This document shows, in pieces, positions 9,976-23,100 of a DNA stretch of 64,000 nt. Source of the DNA: a bacterium (GTDB lineage Bacteria; Zhuqueibacterota; Zhuqueibacteria; Residuimicrobiales; Krinioviventaceae). A model generated the notes under the pieces. It did no database searches and had not been told where the DNA came from. It saw only the letters and a list, made by a program, of their open reading frames with translations. The position numbers and the translations under genes were made by a program. The stretch spans positions 4,768,001 through 4,832,000 of the forward strand of contig OY843751.1 of the NCBI GenBank assembly GCA_963693055.1, in the 5' to 3' direction. Position 1 is the stretch's first letter; each line of letters opens with the position of its first letter.

Positions 9976-10310
9976 ATTATATCGCTTTGATACACCTTGT
10001 TAAATCTTGGAACATTTCACAAATTAAAATACGTTTTCCCGGTTACATCACTTGAAACACAGTAAAAATTAAAATGAACATGAACAAGCCAAACACTGGG
10101 AATCAACCGGCCTAATCCATTAATAAACAATCTATTAAAACTAAAAACATATTGTGGCATTTTAAACTGTTTCGTTGTATATTATTATTATCTGTGTAAA
10201 TTTATTTTGGCAAACAAAAACAGTAAAGGGGTCTGGTTTTTGCATTTCGGGAGGTACTGTTTTGTATATTGGCAACTTTTTACAACATATTGAAAACTTG
10301 AGGAAATTGA

Positions 10311-13300
10311 ATGCGGTCATTTATTACAGGTATCCCGATTGTTCTAATAATACTGGTATTGATACCCAATGTTTACGCTGGTAATCCCCCTACCCATACA
10401 ACGCTGTTATATTCCAGCAGTCTTGATAGCGACAATGATCCTGCTGTTGGTCAGATAACTAACAATAGCGGTCAATTTATTACAGGGTCCGGCTGGAAAG
10501 CAACAAACGAAAGCAGTCAGCTCATGATCACCTTGCCTTCAGGGCTTCCCCTGGAAGGTACTTTTTCAGTTCAGGTAACCAATTTCAATCCGGCTGTACA
10601 AAATATTAGCGACAAACAGCAGATCATTAACCTGTATTCTCAAGCAAACGGAAGTAAAGATATTCTGGGCACCCATGGTTCCTGGATCAATATTCGTACC
10701 GGTACCGGTTATTCTGATGGAGCAGGTATGGCCGGTTACAAAATGCTTGCCGCCTATGACGGACAACGACACGAAGATCGCTATATGCATGACGCAACCT
10801 GGAATGTAAACCGGACTTATGAATTTAAACTGGTTTGGAATGAAACCAGTGTCTGGACCATTGTGGATGATGTTGTACAGGGCGAAATGGAAATGACCGG
10901 TTCACCAACTGAGCTTTTCCGTTACATCTTTTTAGGTACCGACAATGTATATGTAGCCCAACCCGGACCTATTTACAAAAATATGCGCATATATTCTTCA
11001 CAAGACCCTTCTAGCGATGTATTGCTCTTTACCGATATAACGAGTCAGGCCGGTGTTGGCGGCGTTGATCCTGAAGGCTATGGCCATGGTGTTAATTTCA
11101 GCGACTTTAATCTGGATGGCTATCTCGATATCATGTCATCCAATGCGGGTGGCCCAACCATGCCTGAAGAATTTTATCTCAATCAGCAAAACAACACCTT
11201 TAGCGAGATTGCTTCATCCAGAAATATCTCTGATGAAGGCCATACGCATGGTATTATCAGTGCCGACTGGGACAATGATGGTGATCTCGATGTATTTATG
11301 ACCAATCAACCCGTAAACGCAACCAATCCACCTCCAGGCAGGAACCGCATGTATCGCAATGACGGGAATGGCAATTTTACAGACGTTTCGGATCTGGTTG
11401 GTATAGAAGAAGAATATTTTTTCAGCCGTGGTGCGGTAGCCTCCGATATTAACAATGACGGCTGGCTTGATCTGTATGTATTGAACTGGGGTGATCCCAA
11501 TGTTTTATACTTAAATGATGGTGACGGTACATTTACGCGAGTAAACCGTGGCACAGACGGCCCCGCAGGTGATGAAAATGGCCGCCAGGGCGTTACTGCC
11601 GCAGATGTTGATAATGATGGCGATATAGACTTTTATGTCTGTCGTCGTGAAGCAGAAAACTGGTTATTCATCAATGACGGTAACGGAAATTTCACCAATG
11701 AAGCTTCCGCCCGTGGTGTAAATGTGGGTGATCGCTCACATGGTGCCGCTTTTGTTGATATTGATAATGATGGTGATCTTGATCTGTTCATCATGAACTA
11801 TGCGCTGGGTGGAACAGCTTCTATCCCCAGAATGAGCGCGTTTTACAATAATGGTAATGGTTACTTTACCGACCAAACCGACAAATACAATATTTATGTC
11901 AGTGGTTATTCATTAATCTTTGGCGATGTAGACAATGATGCCGACCAGGACATGTATCTTATCAGAAATGATGAAAAAGAAGAAGGTACAACTCCCAAGC
12001 TTTATTTAAACGATGGTAACGGCAACCTGACACTTCGAAATATTGCAGGTGCATCTCCAGGAATCTCGGGTGCTCGTGGAGCAGGATTTGGTGATATTGA
12101 TAACGACGGCGATCTTGATGCTTATATTGCAGCCGTTTATACCGATAATGTCTTATTACGTAACGACCTTAGCAGCGACAATCATTATATTGATGTATTG
12201 TGTATTGGCCCTGGTGGTGATTACGGTGGTTATGGCTCCAAAGTCAGTGTGTATGAATCGGGTCATATGGGTGACGTCAACTATTTGCTAGGCTATCAGG
12301 AAGCAGTTACAACCGTTGCTTACATGTGTCAAAATCAAACTGCATTGCATTTTGGTCTTGCACAAAACACAGCCTGTGATATCAAAGTAGAATTTACAAA
12401 CGGACAAATTGCAGAATATTATTCTGTTTCAGCAGACCAGTTCTTTGAGGTAACTGCTAACCCACCGGTACCTACATCCATAGCACGGGTTTCCAATGCT
12501 GTCCTTTCCGGTCCCGCCGGACAAGTACTGGCCGATTCAGCAAAAATTCAGGTAGTAGATGAAAGCGGACGCGGTGTTCCTAACCATACTGTCTCTTTTC
12601 AGATAACAAACGGTGGTGGTACACTGAATGGCTCTACCCGCACCCAGGTTGACACAACAACAGACAACCACGGATATGCAGCAATCGGTTGGAAAATTGG
12701 AACAGATGTAAATATTATTAATACATTATCTGTCAGCGCCCAAAACGAAGGCATTGATCTGATTGGATCACCCATGAATTTCACAGCCAATGTGAATCCT
12801 GGTGCGGATACACTCATTACAAAACATGCCGGTGATTTACAAAACTCGGTCCCGGAAATTCCTCTGCCAGATTCAATCCAGGTACGGATTCATGATACAT
12901 GGGGTAATCCTCATGCCAATGCTAATGTCAACTTTACTGTCATCAGCGGTAACGGAAACATTGATGGATCAGTTTCCAAAGTTGTACAAACCAATGCGGC
13001 AGGTATTGCTTCAGTACAATGGACGCTTGGAGAAGCAGAAGGTGAAAACGCTCACTCTTTAAAAGCCTCTCTGGCTTCAGAACCTCTGACAAGTGTAACC
13101 TTTTTGGCCTCAACTTCTTTGGCTCCTATAAAAACTTTGAAATATATTTCCGGCAATAATCAAACCGGCACAGTAACACAAGACCTTGCAAACCCCTTTG
13201 TTGTGCAGTTATTAGACAGTCTGGGGAATCCCCGTGGTGGATTTGATATACTCTTCAAGGTGACCGGTGGAAGCGGTAATCTTGGCGGTCTAGCAGAACA

Positions 13301-16300
13301 AACCGTTAAAACAGACGTAACCGGTAAAGCCTCAGTCACACTAACCCTGGGACAAGCAGCCGGTACAAACCTCAACACTGTTGAAGCAAGCTATGCGGAA
13401 TTGGATGATAAAATAATTTTCACCGCTTCTGCAACATCAGGCACTGCCAGCAAGATTAACAAAACAAGTGGTGACAACCAGAGCGCAGGTGTAGGGCAAA
13501 CATTGACAAATCCTCTCAAAGTCAGGGTATTGGATGTCTATAATAATCCAGTTTCAGGGCATAATGTAATCTTTACTGTCAATAACAACAAAGGTTTGGT
13601 TAATAACAACTTGTCGGCAACGGTACAAACCGATGCCAGTGGCTATGCAACAGCAGACTTTTCAATGGATAATGAGCCGGGAACGCATTCAGTAACGGTA
13701 ACTTCAACATATAACAGCGTTCCGTTAACAGGATCGCCCATCACATTTACTGCTACTGCTACATCAGAACCAACCACACTCGTCAAAGTATCCGGAGACA
13801 GCACAACCGGTATCGTTGGTCAACCCATAACTTTGCCGCTTCAGGTCAAAGTTACCGATGATAATGGTTTTCCGGTCAGCAACTATCCTGTTACTTTTGT
13901 ATCTGAAAGCGGTGGAGCAACATTTGAAGGCAATCTTCAAATTCAACAAACCACCAACGAACAGGGTATTGCTTCAGTATATCCAACACTGGGTGAACGT
14001 GTTGGGCCGTATGTATATATTTTTACCGCTAAAGCGTTTTTTGAAGGTGGATCTCACCTGAATAGTTCTCCGTTGACATTTCGTTTATCAGCAAAAAGCA
14101 CCCGTGCCGAAAAAATTGAGCTAATTGCCGGCGCAAACCAAAACGGTCAGGCGGGTGAATATCTTGCATCTGCAATTCAAGTGCTGATTACAGACAATGA
14201 GAATAATGTAATAGCCAATCATAATGTAAACTTTACCGTTAAACAGGGCAGTGGTAAATTAGGTACCAGTAAAGCCAATAGCCTTACTATAAAATCCGGG
14301 GCAAACGGTGTTGCCAAAGTTAATTTCATGCTTGGCAGCGAAATTGGCGACAGTGTTCATGTAGTAGAGATCACCTCGGATGATGGCATAGAGGTTCTCG
14401 AAAACTCGCCCCTATATGCTTATGGCAGTGCCGAATACGGGCAACCGAACGCGGATAGTTCAAAGCTTTATATTTCAGATTCCGTTGTACCCGCAGACGG
14501 CACCTCAGAATTGCTGGTATCTGCACAATTAAAAGATTCTCAGGGACTACCGGTTCCCGGTGAAACGGCTGAATTTATGATTACAGGTGATGGAAATACC
14601 ATTACACAATCAGAAGGCCCTTCTGATGAAAATGGTATGGTCAGCGCACGAATCACTTCTACCGTTGCACAAAGTAAAACAGTAACCGCAAAAATAACAG
14701 ACAAAGCAATAACCATTAATGACACCAAAGTTGTTGAATTTACAGCCGGTCCAGCGGATGCTATTGAAATCGCATCTGGTGATGATCAATCCGGTACTAT
14801 CAATTCAGTTTTGCAGCAGCCGCTCATCGTTCAGGTTGTTGATGCAATGGGTAATGCCATATCAAATCATCCGGTACAATTTGCAATCGCCACAGGCAAT
14901 GGATCACTTGATCCCACACAGGTTGAAAACACGAATGACTCGGGTAAAACCCAAACCAACTGGATTTTGGGTCCACAAATTGGCTCTCAAACGGTAACCG
15001 CAACAGCACAAGGTATTGCCCAATCCGTTACCTTTACCGCAACCGCGCAAATGCCTGGTACGGCATACATTACCAAAGTTAAAGGGGATGAACAATTTGC
15101 TTCACCCGGTACAATTTTTAGCGATTCTTTAACAGTCAAGATTGTTGATGAAAACAATAAACCCATCAGCGGCACCCCGGTTAAATTCAGTATAGAACAA
15201 GGTGATGCCTCTTTTACCAGCATTTCATCCATAAACAGCGATAGTTATGGTTTAGCCAGAATTCAACTTTTGGCCGGACAACTGTTGGGTACTGTAACTA
15301 TTAACGCGTCAATCAATGAAACATCAAGCGTAGATTTTCTCTGCTCGGTTTCCTCCTCCCTACCCGATACGCTGATCCACATTCTGGGAGACAATACAGA
15401 AGGTACAGTCGATGCTACCATTTATCCGCTTACTGCCAAAGTGCTTGATAATAACGGAGTAGCTATCTCGGGTGTACCCATAACCTTTGCAAGCTTGACA
15501 GCTGGCGGACAAGTAATAGATGAACAACCCATTCGAACCACCAGTAACGGTCAGGCATCCGCACGGGTAAAACTGGGAACCATAGCAGGTGAATATATTT
15601 TTACCGCATCTAATGCGTCAATCAAAGGCTCGCCTGTCACCTTTACGCTTAAAGCGCTGCCAGACAATGCATCTGACATTGTCGTTAAAAGTGGCAATGA
15701 GCAGACCGGTGAAGCACTTGCAACCCTGGCAGATTCACTTACAGTGCAGGTTGTAGATGAGTATCAAAACGGTGTTGCCGGTGTACAGGTCGTATTTACA
15801 GTAGGTTCCGGTCAGGGCAGCATTCAAGCCGAGTCTCCCTTAATTACCAATAATAATGGCCTGGCTTCCGCAGAATGGACATTGGGCGCATCTGGCACAC
15901 AGCAAGTAAATGTAACCTCTGGTGTGCTTCCTGGTAAATCAGCCCAGTTTACAGCCAATTTAAAAGCGAATAATCTACCGGTCATTCAGGTTGTTACAGA
16001 TACAACTATAACCGAAAACCAGACTTTGATTTTTACTGTACAGGCGAACGATCCTGAAGGTACTGCTGTAACATTGTCTGCATCCAATCTTCCGGCAGGA
16101 GCGGAATTTGATTCACTTGAGACCTGGCAATTCAGTTGGACACCCGGATATAATTCACAGGGAGATTATACCATTCGCTTCACTGCAACGGATGAAAATG
16201 GCGGTACCGCAATTCAAGATGTCGCTCTGCATGTTGCAAACATGAACCGAAAACCGGTTGTACAATCCACAATTCCGGAACAGACAACCCTTTCTCTGAA

Positions 16301-17096
16301 TTTATATGCAGTATCGGCATTTGAAGTCCATGTAACAGATGCTGATAATGATCCGTTAACATTCCTGTGGTTTGTAGACAACAATCCGGTCAGCACACAG
16401 CAAGATTCAAACAGATTGATCATTCAGCCAAACGATTCCTGGCCGCAGCAATTCAAAGTTGATGTAAACATAACCGATGGAATTGATACTACTCATCATG
16501 CATGGTCAATCGATATCAGTAGCAGCATTGAACTTGCCGCATTTGAAGCGTATACTGACAAGGATCTGGTTACCATTACCTGGGAGACAGCAAGTGAGCA
16601 TAATACGGCAGGCTTTAACTTGTATCGTGCTCCGGGTAAACTGGGACCCTATACCAAAATCAATTCAGAGTTAATTCTGCCTGTGCCTGGTGGTGAATAC
16701 GAAATCCAGGACAAGCCCGGTGCAGAGACATTAAACTGGTATTACAAACTTGAAGAGATGGAATATTCTGGTCGCACACAATCATTTGACCCAATACAGA
16801 TACAAATTGCTGTTCCTACAGACAATATATTGCACCAGAATTATCCAAATCCGTTCAACCCAACAACAACACTGCAATACGAGTTGAACAAAACGCAGCA
16901 AATTGATATTTATATCTTTAACATACACGGTCAACTGGTCCGCACAATCTATTCAGGCAAACAAAAAGCCGGATATCATCAAATCATGTGGGACAGTAAA
17001 AACGACAACGGTATTTCTGTCACCTCTGGTATCTATTATTGCTGTATGGTAGGTACGGATTACCGAAATACCATTAAATTAGTTCTATTAAAATAA
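10311..17096 (+). CDS. Giant secreted protein: unknown N-domain, FG-GAP/VCBS beta-propeller with ASPIC/UnbV, ~11 Big_1/invasin-like Ig repeats, cadherin-like Ig, FlgD-Ig/Por tail
   Basis: Repeated D.DNDGD.D...N.G.G.F; LHFGL; repeats of SG.NQ.G.....L..P..V.V.D...N.V....V.F; IELAAFEA...WETASE; QNYPNPFNPTT. Confidence 0.85.
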   Translation: MRSFITGIPIVLIILVLIPNVYAGNPPTHTTLLYSSSLDSDNDPAVGQITNNSGQFITGSGWKATNESSQLMITLPSGLPLEGTFSVQVTNFNPAVQNISDKQQIINLYSQANGSKDILGTHGSWINIRTGTGYSDGAGMAGYKMLAAYDGQRHEDRYMHDATWNVNRTYEFKLVWNETSVWTIVDDVVQGEMEMTGSPTELFRYIFLGTDNVYVAQPGPIYKNMRIYSSQDPSSDVLLFTDITSQAGVGGVDPEGYGHGVNFSDFNLDGYLDIMSSNAGGPTMPEEFYLNQQNNTFSEIASSRNISDEGHTHGIISADWDNDGDLDVFMTNQPVNATNPPPGRNRMYRNDGNGNFTDVSDLVGIEEEYFFSRGAVASDINNDGWLDLYVLNWGDPNVLYLNDGDGTFTRVNRGTDGPAGDENGRQGVTAADVDNDGDIDFYVCRREAENWLFINDGNGNFTNEASARGVNVGDRSHGAAFVDIDNDGDLDLFIMNYALGGTASIPRMSAFYNNGNGYFTDQTDKYNIYVSGYSLIFGDVDNDADQDMYLIRNDEKEEGTTPKLYLNDGNGNLTLRNIAGASPGISGARGAGFGDIDNDGDLDAYIAAVYTDNVLLRNDLSSDNHYIDVLCIGPGGDYGGYGSKVSVYESGHMGDVNYLLGYQEAVTTVAYMCQNQTALHFGLAQNTACDIKVEFTNGQIAEYYSVSADQFFEVTANPPVPTSIARVSNAVLSGPAGQVLADSAKIQVVDESGRGVPNHTVSFQITNGGGTLNGSTRTQVDTTTDNHGYAAIGWKIGTDVNIINTLSVSAQNEGIDLIGSPMNFTANVNPGADTLITKHAGDLQNSVPEIPLPDSIQVRIHDTWGNPHANANVNFTVISGNGNIDGSVSKVVQTNAAGIASVQWTLGEAEGENAHSLKASLASEPLTSVTFLASTSLAPIKTLKYISGNNQTGTVTQDLANPFVVQLLDSLGNPRGGFDILFKVTGGSGNLGGLAEQTVKTDVTGKASVTLTLGQAAGTNLNTVEASYAELDDKIIFTASATSGTASKINKTSGDNQSAGVGQTLTNPLKVRVLDVYNNPVSGHNVIFTVNNNKGLVNNNLSATVQTDASGYATADFSMDNEPGTHSVTVTSTYNSVPLTGSPITFTATATSEPTTLVKVSGDSTTGIVGQPITLPLQVKVTDDNGFPVSNYPVTFVSESGGATFEGNLQIQQTTNEQGIASVYPTLGERVGPYVYIFTAKAFFEGGSHLNSSPLTFRLSAKSTRAEKIELIAGANQNGQAGEYLASAIQVLITDNENNVIANHNVNFTVKQGSGKLGTSKANSLTIKSGANGVAKVNFMLGSEIGDSVHVVEITSDDGIEVLENSPLYAYGSAEYGQPNADSSKLYISDSVVPADGTSELLVSAQLKDSQGLPVPGETAEFMITGDGNTITQSEGPSDENGMVSARITSTVAQSKTVTAKITDKAITINDTKVVEFTAGPADAIEIASGDDQSGTINSVLQQPLIVQVVDAMGNAISNHPVQFAIATGNGSLDPTQVENTNDSGKTQTNWILGPQIGSQTVTATAQGIAQSVTFTATAQMPGTAYITKVKGDEQFASPGTIFSDSLTVKIVDENNKPISGTPVKFSIEQGDASFTSISSINSDSYGLARIQLLAGQLLGTVTINASINETSSVDFLCSVSSSLPDTLIHILGDNTEGTVDATIYPLTAKVLDNNGVAISGVPITFASLTAGGQVIDEQPIRTTSNGQASARVKLGTIAGEYIFTASNASIKGSPVTFTLKALPDNASDIVVKSGNEQTGEALATLADSLTVQVVDEYQNGVAGVQVVFTVGSGQGSIQAESPLITNNNGLASAEWTLGASGTQQVNVTSGVLPGKSAQFTANLKANNLPVIQVVTDTTITENQTLIFTVQANDPEGTAVTLSASNLPAGAEFDSLETWQFSWTPGYNSQGDYTIRFTATDENGGTAIQDVALHVANMNRKPVVQSTIPEQTTLSLNLYAVSAFEVHVTDADNDPLTFLWFVDNNPVSTQQDSNRLIIQPNDSWPQQFKVDVNITDGIDTTHHAWSIDISSSIELAAFEAYTDKDLVTITWETASEHNTAGFNLYRAPGKLGPYTKINSELILPVPGGEYEIQDKPGAETLNWYYKLEEMEYSGRTQSFDPIQIQIAVPTDNILHQNYPNPFNPTTTLQYELNKTQQIDIYIFNIHGQLVRTIYSGKQKAGYHQIMWDSKNDNGISVTSGIYYCCMVGTDYRNTIKLVLLK

Positions 17097-17131
17097 GTCA
17101 CTGTTTTGAAAAAAAAACTAAATTCCTTATA

Positions 17132-20100
17132 TTGCCATGTAAGCGTGGTATAAACAAAATGTTAGCGGGTATGCTCATGTATAAAAAAACATTTAGGTTA
17201 TTCTCAGTTGCTTTGGTCTTTCTTTGTGCATCTATAGCTACAGCACAAGTCCCACCCACCCATACATCTGTTCTCTATCAGGATGATCTGGTCAGCGCGG
17301 GTCAAAAAGATATTGGCTATATTACAAACAGCAACGGTTCATTTCAAGCCGATGGGTGGAAAACTACCGGCCCCAGCAGCAAACTGGTTATAGAATTGAA
17401 TGAATTTTTACCGCATGAAGGTACAATGCAGGTAAAGATCAAGAATCTGAACCCGGCCACTCAGGTGAATAACGATTGGAGTTTAATATCCTTATGGTCC
17501 AGAGCGAATGGAAGCTGGCGCGATATGAACAGTACTCCCGGTTCTTATGTACTATTGAAAACTGAACCGGATGCACAATACATATCTGGCGGTAATGTAG
17601 CTTGGAAGCTGGTAGAAACTCCGTTTTATGGTGGAGATACCGGCAACCCCAATGCCATGAACATCTCTAATACAACCATGCAAACATGGGATGCTACCAT
17701 GGAGCATACATTCAAGATCATCTGGAACCCTCAATACCTTTGGATCATTATTGATGGTGAAATGGTAAAAAGAAAAGCATACAAAGACCAGATTGAAAAC
17801 TTTGAATACATTTTCCTGGGTTCAGACAATGAATACGGTTCTATGGCTGGTCCAACATTTACCGACTTGCAGATCCTGGTACCTTCAAGCAGTTTCAGTT
17901 TTGAAAATGTCACCAAATCTGCTGATCTGGCTTCAGATATGATTTTTGGCGAACAAGGGGTTTCTCTTGTTGATCTGAACAATGACGGGCTGGATGATAT
18001 TTATCTTAATTACTGTAACACTGCAGATGGTATTCCCAATGCTCTTTACTTAAACAGCAATTCACAACTCTTTACCGAAGATGCCAGTTCAGCGGGTTTA
18101 GACAATACTAACTGTTCAAATTCTTCGACTTTTGCAGATTTTGATGGTGATGGCGACCTTGACCTATTTATCGCCAAAGTAAATTCACCAAATAAATTAT
18201 ATATCAATAATGGCAGCGGAATATTCAGTGATCAATCCACATCCAGAGGTATCAGCTCACTGAACTATAGCACCGTAAATGCCATGGCTATTGATATTGA
18301 AAATGATGGCGACCTTGATATTTTTGCAGTAAGCAGCACCCAGAATCATGAATTATATGTAAACCAGGGCAACGGCACATTTGCACTCGAAACCCGCGGC
18401 ACCAACAATCCCACAGGCGCGGTTATGGGCGCGGTTGCCGGTGATGTTAACAACGATGGATTTGTAGACATTTTTATTGCACAGCGTAGTGCAGCGTGTG
18501 GATTACTCATTAATGATGGCACAGGTAATTTCTCTAACGAAGCAGCAAGCAGAAATGCCAACCAATCAATCAAAGCCAATAATCCCACAATGATGGATTA
18601 TGACAATGATGGTGACCTTGACATCTTTCTGGCACCTTCCAGTACATCAACAACCCCTGATCCCAGGGTACTGGTACTTAAAAACAATGGTAACGGTGTA
18701 TTTACCGATATTTCCAACACAGCAAACATCAATATTGAAGCTTATGGCCTGGTATCAGGAGATATTGACAATGATGGTTATGAGGATTTGTATGCTGTAC
18801 GCAGTAACCGTCGCGATGTTGTTGATGACCATTCTTCACGTATCTATATCAACAATGGTGATGATACATTTACCGCACTGACAGGTACAGGCGCAGAAGC
18901 AATCTTTTCAGACGGCCGCGCCGGAATCATGATCGATTACGACAATGATGGTTTATTGGATCTTTATGGTGTTTCCAAAGGAAACCTTTATAATGGTTCA
19001 AGTTACGATACAATTGACTTTGGTCGTAACCAATTATTAAAAAATACAACAGAAACACCCAACAACTGGCTCAAAGTTGTTGTAAATGATATAGCTGGTA
19101 ATCCCGATGGGATGGGTGCCAAAATTTGGGTTTACGAAGCAGGACGCAATTTCAGCAATGACTATCTGATCGGATATCGTGATGTTTATGCGATGCAGGG
19201 ATATACCTCACAGGGTTCAATGACTCAACATTTTGGTGTGGGATCAAACACTCAGGTTGATGTAAAAATACAAATGCCGGGCGAAGAAGCCAAAACTATA
19301 AATAATGTAGTTGTAAACCGCACAGTCGAGTTTAATCCTTCACTAGTGGTACCGCACCATATTAATGTATCCGGTCACGATCAGACAGGTACCGCAGGAA
19401 ACACTCTTGCAAATCCATTACAGGTATATGTCTATGCAGAAGATTCTACTCCCGCACCGGGCATTACCGTACAATTTGATGTAACCGCCGGTGGTGGTAC
19501 ATTAGACGGAAATACAGAAACCCAGATTATCACCACTACAGATGAAAACGGACTTGCACAAGTAACCTGGAAAATGGGAACAACTGCCGGTCAGGAAAAC
19601 ACTGTACGTGTAACTTCAGAATATAACGGTTCAGCGCTTGAAGGTTCTCCTTTTGACGCCAGCATTACACCGGTGGCAGGCGATCCTGCTAAACTGGTAA
19701 AATCATCTGGAGACGTACAAACCGGATATATTTTACAGTTTCTGGACAATCCAATCATTGCTCAGGTAACGGATGCATTTAATAATCCGGTATCAGGACA
19801 TGATGTAATTTTTACAGTATCAACAGGTGGTGGCTCGGTTGATCAATCCGGCACAACCACATTCCAGGCACAGACCGATCAGGATGGTCTAGCACAGGTT
19901 AACTGGCTTTTGGGTGAAACCATTGGCACACAAACTTTGAATGCAACATCCACTTTTGACAGCAATCCATTAACAAACAGTCCACTGTCTTTTAGTGCTA
20001 CCGGTTTAGCCCCGCAGCAAAAGCTGCAATATCAATCGGGTAATTACCAGACCAAATTGATCAACAGTGCTCTTGATCCTTTTACAGTCAAAGTTGTAGA

Positions 20101-23100
20101 TTTTACAGATGCTCCTATTGCAAATGAAGAGATAGAGTTCAAAGTTATTTCAGGTAATGGTACATTTGGCGAAGAATCTTCTGTTAATGTACTTACCAAC
20201 GCACAGGGAATTGCAAGCGCAACAGCAACCCTGGGATCAACAGCAGGTGATACCATCTATGTATTCCATGCCATTTCTCCGGGTGCGTCTGGTTCACCGG
20301 TAATTTTCAAAGCTTCTGCAACTCCTGGCAGTGCGGCTAAACTCGCCGAAGTTACAAATACCAATTACCAATCAGGACCGGTTAACAGAACGCTCGAAAA
20401 TGATATTGCTGTATTGGTTACCGACGCAAGCGACAACCCGGTCCCCGGCTATACTGTAACTTTTACCGTTTCCAAAGGTGGCGGCAAGGTTGATGGAGCA
20501 ACATATGCAAATGTAACATCTGACGAAAACGGAAAAGCATCGGCAGCATTTAAACTGGGAACAGCGGTTGGTGAAAACATTGCCATAGCCAGTGCGGATG
20601 CGTTAGAAGGTTCTCCCATCACATTTTTTGCAGATGGTGAAACTTCTACACCGGCACGTATAGATATTGTCTCCGGTAACAATCAATCAGGGAATCTGGG
20701 TCAGCAACTGGCTCAACCCTTTGTTGTAGTTGTACGGGATTCATTCTTTAATGCAATCAACAATCACACCGTACAATATTCTGTAACTGAAGGTGATGGA
20801 AACATAGAGGGACAGACTGTTGCAAATAAACAAACAAATGAAATTGGCAGAACATCCGCGTATCTGACTCTGGGCACAACTGCCTATACCAATATTGTTC
20901 AGGTATCAGCATTTCAAAATGATAACCCGCTTATCAACAGTCCGGTTACATTTGTAGCATCAACAGGTCCCGGAGATCCCAAATACCTGGTTTACGAAAG
21001 CGGTAACAACCAGATTGGCCGGATTAGCGCACAATTACCAGCACCATTCAAGGTCAAAGTTACGGATGAAAACGGTATACCCGTCAAAGGCCACGAAGTA
21101 CAGTTTATCAGCTATACCACGGGTGCACATTTTTCTGGCAGCAATATGATGACAGCCCAAACAGATGCAGATGGATTTGCCACTGCAACGCCTACATTGG
21201 GAAGCAATTATTCCACATATGAATTTGAAGCGGTTGCAAAGTTTAACAACGTCTCACTTGGCGGCTCTCCATTGGTGTTTGAGGCCTATGGACGCAAAAG
21301 TACCGCGACTCAAATTGAAAATCTGTCTACTGGCTCATTAACTGGTACAGCAGGATTAGTATTGGGTGATTCATTAAAAATTCGCGTCAAAGATGGCAAT
21401 GGTAACCCTGTTGCCAATCATCCGGTAGAATTTCAGGTCACATCAGGCAGCGGCAGCTTTTTGAACGATCATCACAGCAGCGTTTCTATAAATTCAAATT
21501 CAAGTGGTATTGCAAGTGTTGGTGTTACCTTGCGTCAAACTCCGGGAACCGTTACCATAACCGCAATATCAGACAATGGACTTGCTAACGGCGACCTTGA
21601 TGGTTCCCCAATCAATTATACAATTACTGCCGTAACCGGTGCTCCTGATCCGGACAATTGTACTATTCAATCCACAGACAATGTACTTGCAGATGGTCAA
21701 ACGCCATCACAGATAACGGTTACACTCAAAGATGCTTTTGAGAATCCGGTTTCCGGAAAAACAGTTATGCTTGAAAGTGCGGGTATCGAAGTAACTAAAA
21801 ACCAACCTCAAACGGCAACAAATGCAGGCGGACAAACATCAGGATCAATCGTTTCTGAAAATGTAGGTCAGGTTTACGTTTGGGCAGTGGTTGATGATCA
21901 AATCGTAAAAAGAGATACAATTACATTTGTTACAGGCAGTCCCGCAATTATTAGCACTATTGGCTCGGGTCAGTTTGCTGTAGCCGGCAAAACCTTAAAC
22001 AATACAGTAGGTGTATGGGTACAGGATGAATACAATCATCCTATTCCCGGTGTCAGCACAACATTTACTGTTGTTGACGGAGGCGGTTCCGTTACAGAAA
22101 GCCAACCCGTAACCACAAACAGCGAAGGTAAAGCTCTGGTTCATTGGCAATTGGGATCAGCAATCGGATTACAACATCTGAATGCAGCAGTTGATGGCGT
22201 TGTAGAAACATATGAAATCACTGCAATAGCAACTGCACCTACTTTGGCCAATATTACCAAAGTTGCAGGAGATTCGGCAATTGGGCTTGTTAATCAGGAA
22301 TACCACTTTACCGCAGCGGTTATTGATACAAATGACAATCCTATTGTGAATTACAATGTCAGTTTCGAACTGTTGCTGGGAACCGGAGAAGGACAGGGCA
22401 ATTTTACAACCGCAACTACTGTTGCCACAAACAATGAAGGTAAAGCAACCGTTACCTTTGAATCCGGAACGCTAACGGGCCTGCATAAAATCAAGGCCAC
22501 AGCAACCGATTATGGACATGTTGTTTTTGATTTTATAGTTGAAGAACAACGTTCTATTACCATGGAAAAGCTGGAAGGTGACGGCAACACGGTAAGACCA
22601 AACACAGATATTGATCTTTCAGTTAAAATCACAAATGCTTTCAACCAACCCGTTTCGGATGAAAGCATTAAATTCCAGGTTGTTGAAGGTTTAGGAGTAC
22701 TCAAAGACATTCAACCCGTTGCTACAAGTGACAAAGGTATTGCATATTCTACCTGGAGCGTGTCTACATTGGCCGGTACACATAAAGTCAAAGTAACACC
22801 GGTAGATGCAGTGGGTGATTCTGTTAATTTCACTGCAATAGTTGTCAACGCAGCTCCGGTACTGATGGATATGCCGGAAACGGTGAATATCAACTGGGGT
22901 GAGATCTATGAACTCACAATTACAGCTGAAGATCCTGACGAAGACAATGTCCGTTTTGGTATAAGAGGCTTGCCGCTTAACGCTGAATTTGATTCTACCG
23001 GCACCCAAAAATTCACCTGGGAGCCCAGTGCAGCGCAGGAAGGCGAACACGAGGTTATCTTTATTGCCGCTGATCCTTACGGTTTATCAGACAGCACCAA

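Noticed and set aside
12480-22850. DNA tandem repeats, CRISPR array or diversity-generating repeats in the Ig-repeat regions
   Set aside because: The repeats are visible only at protein level and are highly diverged; no identical nucleotide repeats, spacers or reverse transcriptase were seen.
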